Notes: generated by a model not told the origin, from the letters alone. Shown: positions 1 through 8,556, counted from the first letter of the stretch. The stretch is 32,030 nt of DNA from a virus (IMGVR_UViG_3300026863_000035:1-32030), one strand, 5' to 3'. Numbers and translations are program-made.

Positions 1-131
1 TCAAGGCGCAATCTCCGGCCCGAACTTGGAATCGGCTGCATGGACGCACACGATTCTTCCTGTCGCTACGCGGGTCATATCACACCCCCGCGCATTTGGG
101 TCCGCGAAGCGCAACACTAGGAAAATATACC

Positions 132-160
132 TTGACACCGTAACGGTGATCGTGTAGGTT
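132..160 (+). promoter_or_regulatory. Candidate sigma70-type promoter for the GTA cluster, with a palindrome in the spacer
   Basis: TTGACA (132-137), 17-nt spacer, TAGGTT (155-160); palindrome CACCGT-A-ACGGTG at 136-148; points towards the GTA genes. Confidence 0.5.
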
Positions 161-219
161 TTGGTCATCGTCAAAAGTGTGTCGGTGGAAGGGGCAGGCG
201 CAGGTGCGCAGCCCGGCGT

Positions 220-289
220 ACCCCTTCCCCGTTTCGCGATCTCCACGTCGTTCCGATCGCTCACCGACCCTCCCCACAAGGGGGAGGGT
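220..289. repeat. Rhizobial REP-like palindromic element
   Basis: Ends in hairpin ACCCTCCCC-ACAAG-GGGGAGGGT (267-289), a common rhizobial intergenic repeat motif. Confidence 0.6.
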
Positions 290-337
290 AAGGTCGCGCG
301 TTTCGCGTCCGAAGGGTGGGAAGCGAAGGCGTCGCGG

Positions 338-462
338 GCGTCATCCCGGAATTCGAGTGCGAGCGAAGCGAGACGCGAATCTCCGGGATCCAGTCCGTGA
401 GGGCAGGGTCTCGGAATGGGTCCCGGATAACCGACGCTTCGCGCCGGCTTCCGGGATGACGC
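338..462. repeat. RIME/RPE-like palindromic element, copy 1
   Basis: Terminal inverted repeats GCGTCATCCCGGAA...TTCCGGGATGACGC with internal CCGGGATCCA/TGGGTCCCGG stem; related copy at 19287-19424. Confidence 0.75.
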
Positions 463-559
463 AGTGGTCGCGGGACAGCGCGCTCCACTTGGGCTCCGGG
501 CGTTCTTCGCTCGGAAAGCCAAATCGTTGGCTTTCCGTCCGCTGCGCGGACCGCTCATC

Positions 560-697
560 ACCCCCTCTGGCCTGCCGAGAGGGCCGGGTCCCCGCTGCTG
601 CCCAGCGTCCCGGCGCTCGCTGGCCTTTCGTCGTGCCGATGGCACGACGCATTCGCTCCGCGATCCGGCTGCTCGCCCCCCTCAAGGGGGGAGATCA
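560..697. repeat. Rhizobial REP-like element (CCCCCTCTGGCCTGCCG...CCCCCTCAAGGGGGGAGATC) with an expanded interior
   Basis: Both halves of the motif are visible, separated by about 95 bp of GC-rich, hairpin-prone sequence. Confidence 0.5.
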
Positions 698-750
698 ATC
701 ACGTCGCCGGCGGGCGATGCTCGCAGGCACGTCCACCGACGGAGACTTTC

Positions 751-1311
751 ATGCCAAACCGGTCCGTCGCGAGCCCGGCACTATGGACGGCGATGCGCCG
801 GCTGCGCGAAGAGTATGGCGTCATCTACGCGCTGATTTCGGACGCCAGCGGCGTAAAGGCGGACACGATCCGCAGCAAGGCGCAACGCGAGGGCTGGCGC
901 TGCCCGACGGTACGCACCGCCGTGCCGGACGCCGGGCTGGACCTGCCCGAGGCGGACGATGAGGGGCACGCCGAGGCCGGCGCCGAGGCAATGGAGGCCG
1001 TCGCGCTGGAGGAGTTTCTGGGCAGGTCGGACGGACCCGCCGAGCTGGGCGCCATGCTGCATGCGCAGGTCAGGGAGCTGGTGGGAAATGCCCGCAAGGG
1101 GCGCGTCGAGAAGGGGCGCATCGATGCGCTGGCCGCGCTGATGCGCCTCGTCGAACGGGCGGAGGTGCTGGCAAAAGACGGCGCCCAGGACCAAAAAAAG
1201 AGAAGCGATGACGAACTCGCCGAAGTCCTCGAACGCATCGACGAGCGGATCGTCGAACTGGCTGAACACCACGCAGAGCGGCTGGTCGCACAACAATCTG
1301 ACGCCGGATGA
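751..1311 (+). CDS. GTA small terminase-like protein (g1)
   Basis: 186 aa; N-terminal HTH-like ...GVKADTIRSKAQREGW; GGAG Shine-Dalgarno; overlaps the large terminase. Confidence 0.7.
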   Translation: MPNRSVASPALWTAMRRLREEYGVIYALISDASGVKADTIRSKAQREGWRCPTVRTAVPDAGLDLPEADDEGHAEAGAEAMEAVALEEFLGRSDGPAELGAMLHAQVRELVGNARKGRVEKGRIDALAALMRLVERAEVLAKDGAQDQKKRSDDELAEVLERIDERIVELAEHHAERLVAQQSDAG

Positions 1312-2461
1312 GGCCGACCGCGCGCTCGCCGAATGGTTCGGCCAGGCGCATGGCGACCAGTATCCGCTGCCGCATGCGCCGCAGAACTGGCTGGTGACGG
1401 GCGGGCGCGGCGCGGGCAAGACGCGGCTCGGCGCCGAGTGGGTGAACGCGCTGGTGCGCGGCCTGCCGCCCTTTGCGCTGGACGGGCAGCGCTATGGCCG
1501 CATCGCGCTGATCGGCGAGACGCTGGCCGACGTGCGCGAGGTGATGATCGACGGCGTGTCGGGCATTGTCGCCGTGGCGCGGCAGGGGCGGCCGGAATTC
1601 GAGGCGACGCGGCGCAGGCTGGTGTGGCCGTCGGGCGCGGTGGCGCAGATGTTTTCGGCCGAAGATCCCGAAAGCCTGCGCGGGCCGCAGTTCGACGCCG
1701 CCTGGTGCGACGAGCTGGCGAAATGGAAGAACGCGCAGGCCTGCTTCGACATGCTGCAGTTCTGCATGCGCGTCGGGCCAAGGCCGATGCAGCTGATCAC
1801 CACCACGCCGCGACCGACGAAGCTGGTGAAGCGGCTCCTGACCGACGGCGTGTTTGCGGTGACCCGGCTGCGGACGCAGGCGAATGAAAGGAATCTCGCC
1901 GGCGGTTTCGTCGCCGCGCTGAAGCGGCGCTACGAGGGAACGCGGCTGGGACGGCAGGAACTGGGCGGCGAGCTGATCGAGGAGCGCGAGGACGCGCTGT
2001 GGTCGCGCGCCATGCTGGAAGCGGCGGCGCTCGACGATTGCCCGGAGCTTGGCCGCATCGTGGTGGCGGTCGACCCGCCGGCGAGCGCGAAGAAATCGTC
2101 GGACGCCTGCGGCATCGTTGCTGCCGGGCTGGATGGGGACGGCATCGTGGTGGTGCTGGCCGACGCGACGCTGAACGCCGCGCGGCCGCAGGACTGGGCG
2201 GGCGCGGCGGTCGCGCTCTACCACCGGCTGGAGGCCGACTGTCTCGTGGCCGAGGTGAACCAGGGCGGCGACATGGTGAGTGCAGTGATCCGCGCCGCCG
2301 ACGCTTCGGTGCCGGTGAAGCCCGTGCGGGCGCGGCGCGGCAAATGGATCCGCGCCGAGCCGGTGGCGATGCTCTACCAGCAGGGCAGGGTGCGTCATGC
2401 CGGCCGCTTTGCGGCACTCGAGGACGAGATGTGCGAATTTAGCAGAACCAAGGATTGTTGA
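1208..2461 (+). pseudogene. terL: GTA large terminase (g2), N-terminal part, truncated by the satellite insertion
   Basis: Walker A GGRGAGKT, LRGPQFDAAWCDE Walker B, ITTTPRP, VAVDPP, AEVNQGG. After EDEMC it reads into foreign DNA (EFSRTKDC*). Start position uncertain. Confidence 0.92.
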
Positions 2462-2816
2462 AGGAAAACAATCACATAAGGTTTACACGGAAGCCGCGAA
2501 AAAGCATGAACGGGGCCAGAACACGGCAGCCGATTGTAAAGCGGAAATCCCGCCCGATGACGGCCCGGCTGGAAACGAAACCGCCGCCCCGACTGGCATC
2601 GGAAGCGGCGGCAATACGTCAGAAAAGCACAGCAGCGCTTTCGAGGGAAACTGCTACCACAGCGGCGAGCTGCCTGCAACGCGCGCGGCCCGTTGGTACC
2701 GGGAAAATCGTGAGACTTGCCCGCGTCCGATCGTGCCGACGCTGCGCCGCATGTTCGGCCTCACGGCGCTTCAGGTGTGCCAAGCGATCCGCGAAGCGAA
2801 CGGGGGTGGCCGATGA
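2397..2816 (+). CDS. Satellite hypothetical protein (start codon not inside the element)
   Basis: Protein-like C-terminus AARWYRENRETCPRPIVPTLRRMFGLTALQVCQAIREA; stop overlaps the next ATG (ATGA); no ATG/GTG/TTG in this frame between attL and the IVPT codons. Confidence 0.45.
   Translation: MPAALRHSRTRCANLAEPRIVEGKQSHKVYTEAAKKHERGQNTAADCKAEIPPDDGPAGNETAAPTGIGSGGNTSEKHSSAFEGNCYHSGELPATRAARWYRENRETCPRPIVPTLRRMFGLTALQVCQAIREANGGGR
2423..2436 (+). repeat. attL core of the satellite
   Basis: GACGAGATGTGCGA versus GATGAAATGTGCGA at 13087-13100; identical 8-bp core ATGTGCGA at 2429-2436. Confidence 0.85.
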
Positions 2817-3487
2817 CCGCCGCCTCGTTCACCGTCTCGGACGCATTGCTGCGCAGCCTGGCGCGCAAGCCCGCGCCCGACGCCGAGATCATGGCCGGCT
2901 ACATGTCGGGCGCGATCGCCACGCGCGGGCCTTCCCTGCGCCTGCCCAAGCCGTCACGCCCGTTCGGCGGGCGCTTCACCCGGCCGCGCCCGCAACGCTC
3001 TCCCGATCGCGAGAGGTCTATCCATCGCAGGCGGACGCTCGCCGCGACGTGGCCGATGCCGCCCGTCATGGCCGGCATGCTCACCACGAGCCAAGTCGCC
3101 TATGCCCGCATCGTGTCCGACGAGGTGCACAGGACCGGCCGGTGCGAACTGACGCTCGACGAGATCGCGGCGCGCGGTGGCATGTGTCGCAAGACGGCCA
3201 AGCGGGCACAGGACCGCCTCGCCGAGCTGCAATGGGTCGCCGTCGAGGAACGGCCCGTGACGGGCCGCAAGCACCTGCCCAACGTCGTGCGCATCGTGTC
3301 GAGCGAATGGGCGACGTGGATCAAGATGGGTCCGAGGCCTCGCCGCACAGGGGGACATTCGTGTCCTACCACGGGAAACCAGTCTATTCCTTCTGCACAG
3401 CTCGCGCCCGTTGAGAGGTCGCAAGGGGCTTATGAGAGGGAGCGAGCGGGACCGCTGCGGCCACCTGGGCAGCGAGGGCGCACCTGA
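2813..3487 (+). CDS. Winged-HTH replication initiator-like protein
   Basis: GRCELTLDEIAARGGMCRKTAKRAQDRLAELQWVAVEER...PNVVRI is an HTH_36/replicase-like pattern; translationally coupled at both ends. Confidence 0.6.
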   Translation: MTAASFTVSDALLRSLARKPAPDAEIMAGYMSGAIATRGPSLRLPKPSRPFGGRFTRPRPQRSPDRERSIHRRRTLAATWPMPPVMAGMLTTSQVAYARIVSDEVHRTGRCELTLDEIAARGGMCRKTAKRAQDRLAELQWVAVEERPVTGRKHLPNVVRIVSSEWATWIKMGPRPRRTGGHSCPTTGNQSIPSAQLAPVERSQGAYERERAGPLRPPGQRGRT

Positions 3488-3819
3488 TGCCCGGCGACCC
3501 GTACTACAAGAGCCGCCATTGGCGCGAGCTGCGGGCCGCAAGGCTCCAGCTCGACCGGAACACATGCGTCGTGCCCGGTTGCGGGAAGCGCGCGACCACG
3601 GTCGACCACATCAAACGGAGGCGTGACGGCGGGCGCGACACGATCGCCAACACGCGGTCGCTGTGTGACGAGCACGACCGCGCGGTGAAAGAGCTGCCGA
3701 ACGGGAAGCGAAGGAACGGCGGCAAGCTGGTGGTGAAGGGCTGCTATGCGGACGGAAGCCCGCGCGACCCGGCGCACCCGTGGTTTACAGGCGGGCCGAG
3801 GGGGGTTCGATCATCATAG
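3487..3819 (+). CDS. HNH endonuclease (HK97 gp74-like terminase cofactor)
   Basis: YYKSRHWRELR, CVVPGC, TVDHIK, NTRSLCDEHD; directly upstream of terL. Confidence 0.88.
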   Translation: MPGDPYYKSRHWRELRAARLQLDRNTCVVPGCGKRATTVDHIKRRRDGGRDTIANTRSLCDEHDRAVKELPNGKRRNGGKLVVKGCYADGSPRDPAHPWFTGGPRGVRSS

Positions 3820-3885
3820 TTCGGCTGGGGGCGGGACCGTTGGGGGCAGTCGGACACACTTACTTTCACAAAGGATTTCAATGAG

Positions 3886-5535
3886 ATGGGAAAGCGAGGC
3901 ATAGGGGCGAAGCCGGTCAAGGCGGTTGCCGAGATCGCGAAAAAGCGGCGCAAGAGCAAGCCGTGGGAAAAGCGCGGCCTGTCTCGCGCCGGCCGCGTCA
4001 TCGCGTTCATAGAGACGCTGAAAATCACGTCGGGCATGCACGCCGGCAAGCCGTTCATCCTGCGCCCGTGGCAGCGGACCATCATCGAGGCGATCTACGA
4101 GACGGACGCGGCCGGCAAGCGGATCAAGCGGCAGGTGCTCCTCACGATCCCCCGAAAAAACGGCAAGACCCAGCTCGCCGCCGCCCTGGCGCTGGCGCAC
4201 CTGGTCGGCCCGGAAGCCGAACAGCGCGGGCAAGTCTATTCCGCCGCCGCCGACCGGAAGCAGGCCGCGCTCATCCTGCGCGAGCTGGTCGCGTTCGTCC
4301 GCGCCGACGCCGAGCTGGCCGACCGGATCATCATCCGCGAGCACAGCAAGACCCTGGAGGATGTCGTCACCGGCTCGACCTATGAGGCGCTGTCGTCGGA
4401 CGCGAAGAAGGCGCACGGCCTCAACGTGTCGTTCGCCGTGCTCGACGAGCTGGCGCAATGGCCGAAGCGCGACCTATACGACGCGCTCACCACGGGCGGG
4501 GCGGCCCGCGCCGAGCCGCTGTTCGTGACGATCTCGACGCAAAGCCACGACAAAAATTCCGTCATGTCGGAGTTGGTCCAATATGGGCAGCGTGTACTCG
4601 ACGGCGCGATCGTGGACGAGACGTTCCTGCCGGTGATCTTCGCCGCGCCCGACGATGCCGACCCGTGGTCGGAGGCGACCTGGTTCGCCTGCAACCCGGC
4701 ACTCGGCGACTTCCGCTCGCTCGACGAAATGCGATCGGCCGCCGAACAGGCGAAGTCGCTGCCGGCGCGCGAACCGTCGTTCCGTCTGCTCTACCTGAAC
4801 CAGCCTGTCGACGCGACGGCGCGGTTCCTCAATGCCCGCGACTGGACCGCGTGCAAGGCGTCGAGCGACGGCGGGCTGTTCGGGCAGATGACCCTTTCGA
4901 AACAGCGCTGCATCCTTGGCCTTGACCTGTCGTCGACCACGGACTTGACGGCGCTCGCCGCATGGTTCCCCGAGACGCGCGACCTTATGGCGTGGTTCTG
5001 GATGCCGGCCGACAATCTGGAGGAAGCCGAGCGCCGCGACCATGTTCCCTATCGCCTCTGGCAGCGGCAGGGGCATATCGAAGCCACGCCGGGCCGCGCG
5101 ATCGACAAGGCGTTCGTCGTGCACCGCATGGCCGAGCTGACGAAGGAGTTCAACGTCCAGTTCTGCGCCGCCGACCGCTGGCGGCTCGACGAAGTGCGCC
5201 GGATCATGGCCGAGCAAGGCGTCAAGATCGAGATGCAGGAGTTCGGGCAGGGCTGGCGGGACATGGGGCCGGCGATCGACGCGATCGAGACGGCCGTGCT
5301 GCGCCGCGAGCTGCGCCACCCTGGGCACCCGGTGCTCGACATGTGCGTGTCGAACGCCGTGACGGTTTCCGACCCGACCGGCGCGCGCAAGCTGGTAAAG
5401 GAACGGAACACGGGCCGCATCGACGGCCTCGTGGCGGCGACGATGGCGATCGGCGCGGCCGTGAAAGTCGCGCCGAAAAAGCCGAGCGTCTATCAAGGGC
5501 GCGGGCTGATCTCGCTGGTGAGGAAATCGGCTTAG
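3886..5535 (+). CDS. terL: Satellite large terminase (Terminase_1 family, cos type)
   Basis: LRPWQ, IPRKNGKT Walker A, VLDELA Walker B, ISTQ, GLDLSSTTDLTA, RIDGLVA. Confidence 0.93.
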   Translation: MGKRGIGAKPVKAVAEIAKKRRKSKPWEKRGLSRAGRVIAFIETLKITSGMHAGKPFILRPWQRTIIEAIYETDAAGKRIKRQVLLTIPRKNGKTQLAAALALAHLVGPEAEQRGQVYSAAADRKQAALILRELVAFVRADAELADRIIIREHSKTLEDVVTGSTYEALSSDAKKAHGLNVSFAVLDELAQWPKRDLYDALTTGGAARAEPLFVTISTQSHDKNSVMSELVQYGQRVLDGAIVDETFLPVIFAAPDDADPWSEATWFACNPALGDFRSLDEMRSAAEQAKSLPAREPSFRLLYLNQPVDATARFLNARDWTACKASSDGGLFGQMTLSKQRCILGLDLSSTTDLTALAAWFPETRDLMAWFWMPADNLEEAERRDHVPYRLWQRQGHIEATPGRAIDKAFVVHRMAELTKEFNVQFCAADRWRLDEVRRIMAEQGVKIEMQEFGQGWRDMGPAIDAIETAVLRRELRHPGHPVLDMCVSNAVTVSDPTGARKLVKERNTGRIDGLVAATMAIGAAVKVAPKKPSVYQGRGLISLVRKSA

Positions 5536-5819
5536 CTCGGCGGATCGCTGTCGAAGCGTTTCAGAATGCCGACAACATCGTCATCATTCGCGGGGGACCG
5601 GCGTGCAAGTCGCACGCCGGCACCGCCGCCGTTCTCGGCAATGAAGATCACGCCGGCCGTCTCCAGCGCAGCGCGGATAGCGTCCACCGTCCGCTCACGC
5701 AATTCCTCGCCGCGCTCAAAGCGCGTGATCGTGTTCGTCGAGACCTTGGCTTGCTCGGCGAGTTCTCTAACGCCGAGTTCAAGAGCCGCGCGGGCCATCC
5801 TGCATTGTGCTGGTGTCAA
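5532..5819 (-). CDS. XRE-family HTH transcriptional regulator
   Basis: AQCRMARAALELGVRELAEQAKVSTNTITRFERG...AGVIFIAENGGGAGVRL; TTG start. Confidence 0.9.
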   Translation of the reverse strand: MTPAQCRMARAALELGVRELAEQAKVSTNTITRFERGEELRERTVDAIRAALETAGVIFIAENGGGAGVRLARRSPANDDDVVGILKRFDSDPPS

Positions 5820-5822
5820 TTC

Positions 5823-5904
5823 GCATCACCGTAGCGAAATCGCCTTGACGTGGCGATTAAGGTTGAGTTAACGCTACACTGTAGCAAAATCGCTGCAATG
5901 TAGC
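5823..5904. promoter_or_regulatory. Three 13-bp operator-like palindromes
   Basis: GCATCACCGTAGC (5823-5835), GCTACACTGTAGC (5873-5885, perfect palindrome), GCTGCAATGTAGC (5892-5904). Confidence 0.7.
5857..5872 (+). promoter_or_regulatory. CtrA-binding consensus TTAA-N7-TTAAC
   Basis: TTAA GGTTGAG TTAAC, exact match, in the divergent intergenic region. Confidence 0.7.
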
Positions 5905-5917
5905 AATGAGGTTGACC

Positions 5918-6385
5918 ATGCCGAACACCGCTGTTCGCGCAGCCGGCGAAGCTATGCCCGCTGCGAAGAACCTGACCACGATCCTGCGGCCTGCCGAGCT
6001 GCCGGAACGCTACGCCATGATCTGCGACGGCGACTGCATGCTGCCGGAGATCGACCACGGAACGAAGCTGATCTTCAACCGCGACACGCCGGCCGTGCCG
6101 GGCGACATGGTGGCGCTGTTCTGGTCACCGGAGCATGTGAAGGCCGGCGAGCATCAGGTTGTCGTCAAACGCCTCGTGGTCGGTCCCGCGCCTTGGACGC
6201 AATGGGGGAAGCCGACGCGCGGCGACGTGCAGACGATGGTCATCGTCGAGATGCTCAATCCGCGCCGCCAGTTCTTCATTCCGACCGAAAAGCTGCTCGG
6301 CATGCACAAATGCGAGGGTCCGGTGCCGGCCGGCACGACGACGCGGAAGGTCACCAAACGCGAAATGACGCGGGCCGCACGCTGA
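5918..6385 (+). CDS. Stand-alone S24/LexA-peptidase-like protein
   Basis: YAMICDGDCMLPEIDHG...GDMVALF...VVKRL matches the S24 pattern with GDSM changed to GDCM; GAGG before ATG 5918 (alternative start 5906). Confidence 0.7.
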   Translation: MPNTAVRAAGEAMPAAKNLTTILRPAELPERYAMICDGDCMLPEIDHGTKLIFNRDTPAVPGDMVALFWSPEHVKAGEHQVVVKRLVVGPAPWTQWGKPTRGDVQTMVIVEMLNPRRQFFIPTEKLLGMHKCEGPVPAGTTTRKVTKREMTRAAR

Positions 6386-6448
6386 TTATCCACAGGCGGA
6401 AATGTGGGGCAGCCCACACGTCAATTGACGCGCGCTTCTTTTCGTGGG

Positions 6449-7078
6449 ATGCCTCACGACATGAGCGCGCGTTTTTCATTCTCCATGAACCGTTTCGGCC
6501 CCACGCGGGCGGAAGAAATCAGCGGCGTGAGCCGGACCACGCAACGCGACTGGCGGCGCGAGGGCCATCTGCCGACTTCCGAGGGAATGGCCCGCTACGA
6601 TCTTTTCGACCTGTGCGAATTGTGGGTTCTCAAGTCGTGCGCGGACGTTGGCCTTGGTCCGAAGCGGGCAAAGGTGTTTTCGCGCTCGGCCGCGTTGCAT
6701 ATGGCGTGGCACTGCCTGCGGCTAATCGGCTCCTACGAGGGCGATCACCTGACCGCGCCGGCTTCGAAGCACAACAAGACCTTCGACCTGGGCGGGCAGA
6801 CCTTCGACACGCCGGCCTGGGGCCGGAAGGCGCGGTGGCTCGCCGATCACATCATGTACGACAAAGACGATCCGAACCCGTGCAGCGAGTTCTACGGCAT
6901 CTGGCCCGATGGCGAGGCGATGCCGATGGACAATTTCCATTCGATGTTCATGCCGGCCGACCGCGCCGTCGCGAAGCGTGGCGCGGTGATCGTGCTGCCC
7001 CTCAATCTCGCGGCAAACTGGCTTGTCGAGGCGGCGAACGAACCGCTCGTGCAGGTCACGTTCGAAAAAGGGGGATGA
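6449..7078 (+). CDS. MerR-like HTH DNA-binding protein
   Basis: FGPTRAEEISGVSRTTQRDWRREGHL...ARYDLFDL; start uncertain (6449/6461/6485). Confidence 0.65.
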   Translation: MPHDMSARFSFSMNRFGPTRAEEISGVSRTTQRDWRREGHLPTSEGMARYDLFDLCELWVLKSCADVGLGPKRAKVFSRSAALHMAWHCLRLIGSYEGDHLTAPASKHNKTFDLGGQTFDTPAWGRKARWLADHIMYDKDDPNPCSEFYGIWPDGEAMPMDNFHSMFMPADRAVAKRGAVIVLPLNLAANWLVEAANEPLVQVTFEKGG

Positions 7079-7138
7079 TTTCCACAGGAATTTTATCCTC
7101 ACCCTGCGAGGTGCGCGCATCATGCGTATCGAGTTTTC

Positions 7139-7226
7139 CCGTCGTGAGACGGCACTTCCCAGCACCGAACGTCGTGAGACGCCCGGCCCGATGGACCCTT
7201 AACCCCGCCGTGAGGCGGCACTTCCC
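7139..7226 (+). repeat. Three GTGA-tetraloop hairpins in the capsid leader
   Basis: CCGTC-GTGA-GACGG+CACTTCCC (7139-7160), CGTC-GTGA-GACG (7170-7181), CCGCC-GTGA-GGCGG+CACTTCCC (7205-7226). Confidence 0.75.
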
Positions 7227-7242
7227 AACGAAGGAGACTGAC

Positions 7243-8544
7243 ATGAAAATTCACGAATTGCAGGAAGCCCGCACGACGGCCGTCGTCAACATGCGGGCCT
7301 TGGCCGACCTGGCCGACACCGAAAAGCGCGACCTGACGGCCGACGAAGAAACCAAGTTCGGCACGTTCAAGTCGACCATCGCCGATCTCGACAAGAAGAT
7401 CAGCCGGGCGCAGACGCTCGCCGATGCCGAGCGCAGTTCGCCTGCCATCGTGCACGGCCGTCTCGGCGACGGCGCATTCGAGGAACGCGCCCGCGACTTT
7501 TCCATCGTCAAGTGCATCCGCTCGACGCTGCCGGCCAACATGGGCGGCGCGGTGGACATCGGCTTCGAGCGCGAGATCGGCACGGAAGTCGCGCGGCGCA
7601 CCGGCCGGGCCTATGAAGGCTTCGCCGTTCCGGATGAAATCTTCCTGACCGAGCGCCGCACGCTGCTGGCCGGCTCCAGCGCCGCCGATCTCATTCCCAA
7701 CGTGCACCGCACCGACCTGTTCATCAACCGGCTGCGCAACCGTCTCGTGGTCGGTCGGCTCGGCGCAACCTATCTCGACGGTCTTGTCGGCACGGTCGAC
7801 ATTCCGCGCCAGACGGGCAGCTCGACGGCCCAGTGGGTGGCCGAAGACGGCTCGCTCACCGAAACCGACGCAACGTTCGACGACGTGACGTTCGCGCCGA
7901 AAACGGTCGGCGCGATGACCAGCTACAGCCGGCGCACGATCATCAACGCATCGCCCGCGATCGAGAACATCGTGCGCGCCGATCTTGCCGCCGTAATCGC
8001 TTCCGCGATCGACGAAAAGGCGCTTGTTGGCACGGGCGCGAGCAATACCCCGGTCGGCATCACCAACACGGCCGGCGTGACGGAGATCGCGTTGACGGCT
8101 GCGCCGACCTGGGCGCAGGTGCTCCAGTTCATCGCGGCGATCGACGCCAGCAACGCGCTGGAAGGGTCTCTTGGCTGGGCCGGCAATCCGCACGTCGTGG
8201 CACTCATGCGCGCGGCCGTGAAGGTCACGTCCGACGCGGGCGCGGGCTTCATCATGGACGCGGCAAACGAGCTGGCCGGCTATCCACTGGTCAACACGAT
8301 GGCGCTGCCCGGCGTTGCGCCGGCTGCTACGCCGGAAGTGGCGTCGGCCCTGATCTTTGGCGACTGGTCGCAGCTCATGGTCGGCTCGTGGACCGGCATC
8401 GATATTCTCGCCAATCCTTATGAGACGACGGCCTATGCCAAGGGCCGCATTCTCGTGCGGGCGATGAAGGACGTGGACGTGCAGGTGCGCCAGCCGAAGG
8501 CGTTCGCGTTCACCGATACCATCGTCACCGGCACCGATGCATAG
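7243..8544 (+). CDS. Satellite major capsid protein (HK97 fold, coiled-coil delta domain)
   Basis: AAGGAG Shine-Dalgarno, MKIHELQE..., IPRQTG, AQWVAE, GDWSQL, ILANPY, VRQPKAF; 433 aa. Confidence 0.92.
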   Translation: MKIHELQEARTTAVVNMRALADLADTEKRDLTADEETKFGTFKSTIADLDKKISRAQTLADAERSSPAIVHGRLGDGAFEERARDFSIVKCIRSTLPANMGGAVDIGFEREIGTEVARRTGRAYEGFAVPDEIFLTERRTLLAGSSAADLIPNVHRTDLFINRLRNRLVVGRLGATYLDGLVGTVDIPRQTGSSTAQWVAEDGSLTETDATFDDVTFAPKTVGAMTSYSRRTIINASPAIENIVRADLAAVIASAIDEKALVGTGASNTPVGITNTAGVTEIALTAAPTWAQVLQFIAAIDASNALEGSLGWAGNPHVVALMRAAVKVTSDAGAGFIMDAANELAGYPLVNTMALPGVAPAATPEVASALIFGDWSQLMVGSWTGIDILANPYETTAYAKGRILVRAMKDVDVQVRQPKAFAFTDTIVTGTDA

Positions 8545-8556
8545 GGGGACATTGCC

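Noticed and set aside
1-962. Long ORFs 1-645 (-) and 177-962 (+)
   Set aside because: They run through palindromic repeats and the promoter region, are Arg/Pro-rich and show no recognisable motifs.
1194-1211. A AAA AAG slippery heptamer in g1 as a g1-terL fusion signal
   Set aside because: It is in frame for a -1 shift, but that frame stops at TGA 1209-1211; terL is in the +1 frame.
3805-3822. GTTC...GTTC as an alphaproteobacterial LexA box
   Set aside because: The spacer is 10 nt; the consensus is GTTC-N7-GTTC.
6193-7242. 783-aa capsid ORF with a long N-terminal extension
   Set aside because: The extension overlaps two better genes in other frames; a strong AAGGAG supports ATG 7243.
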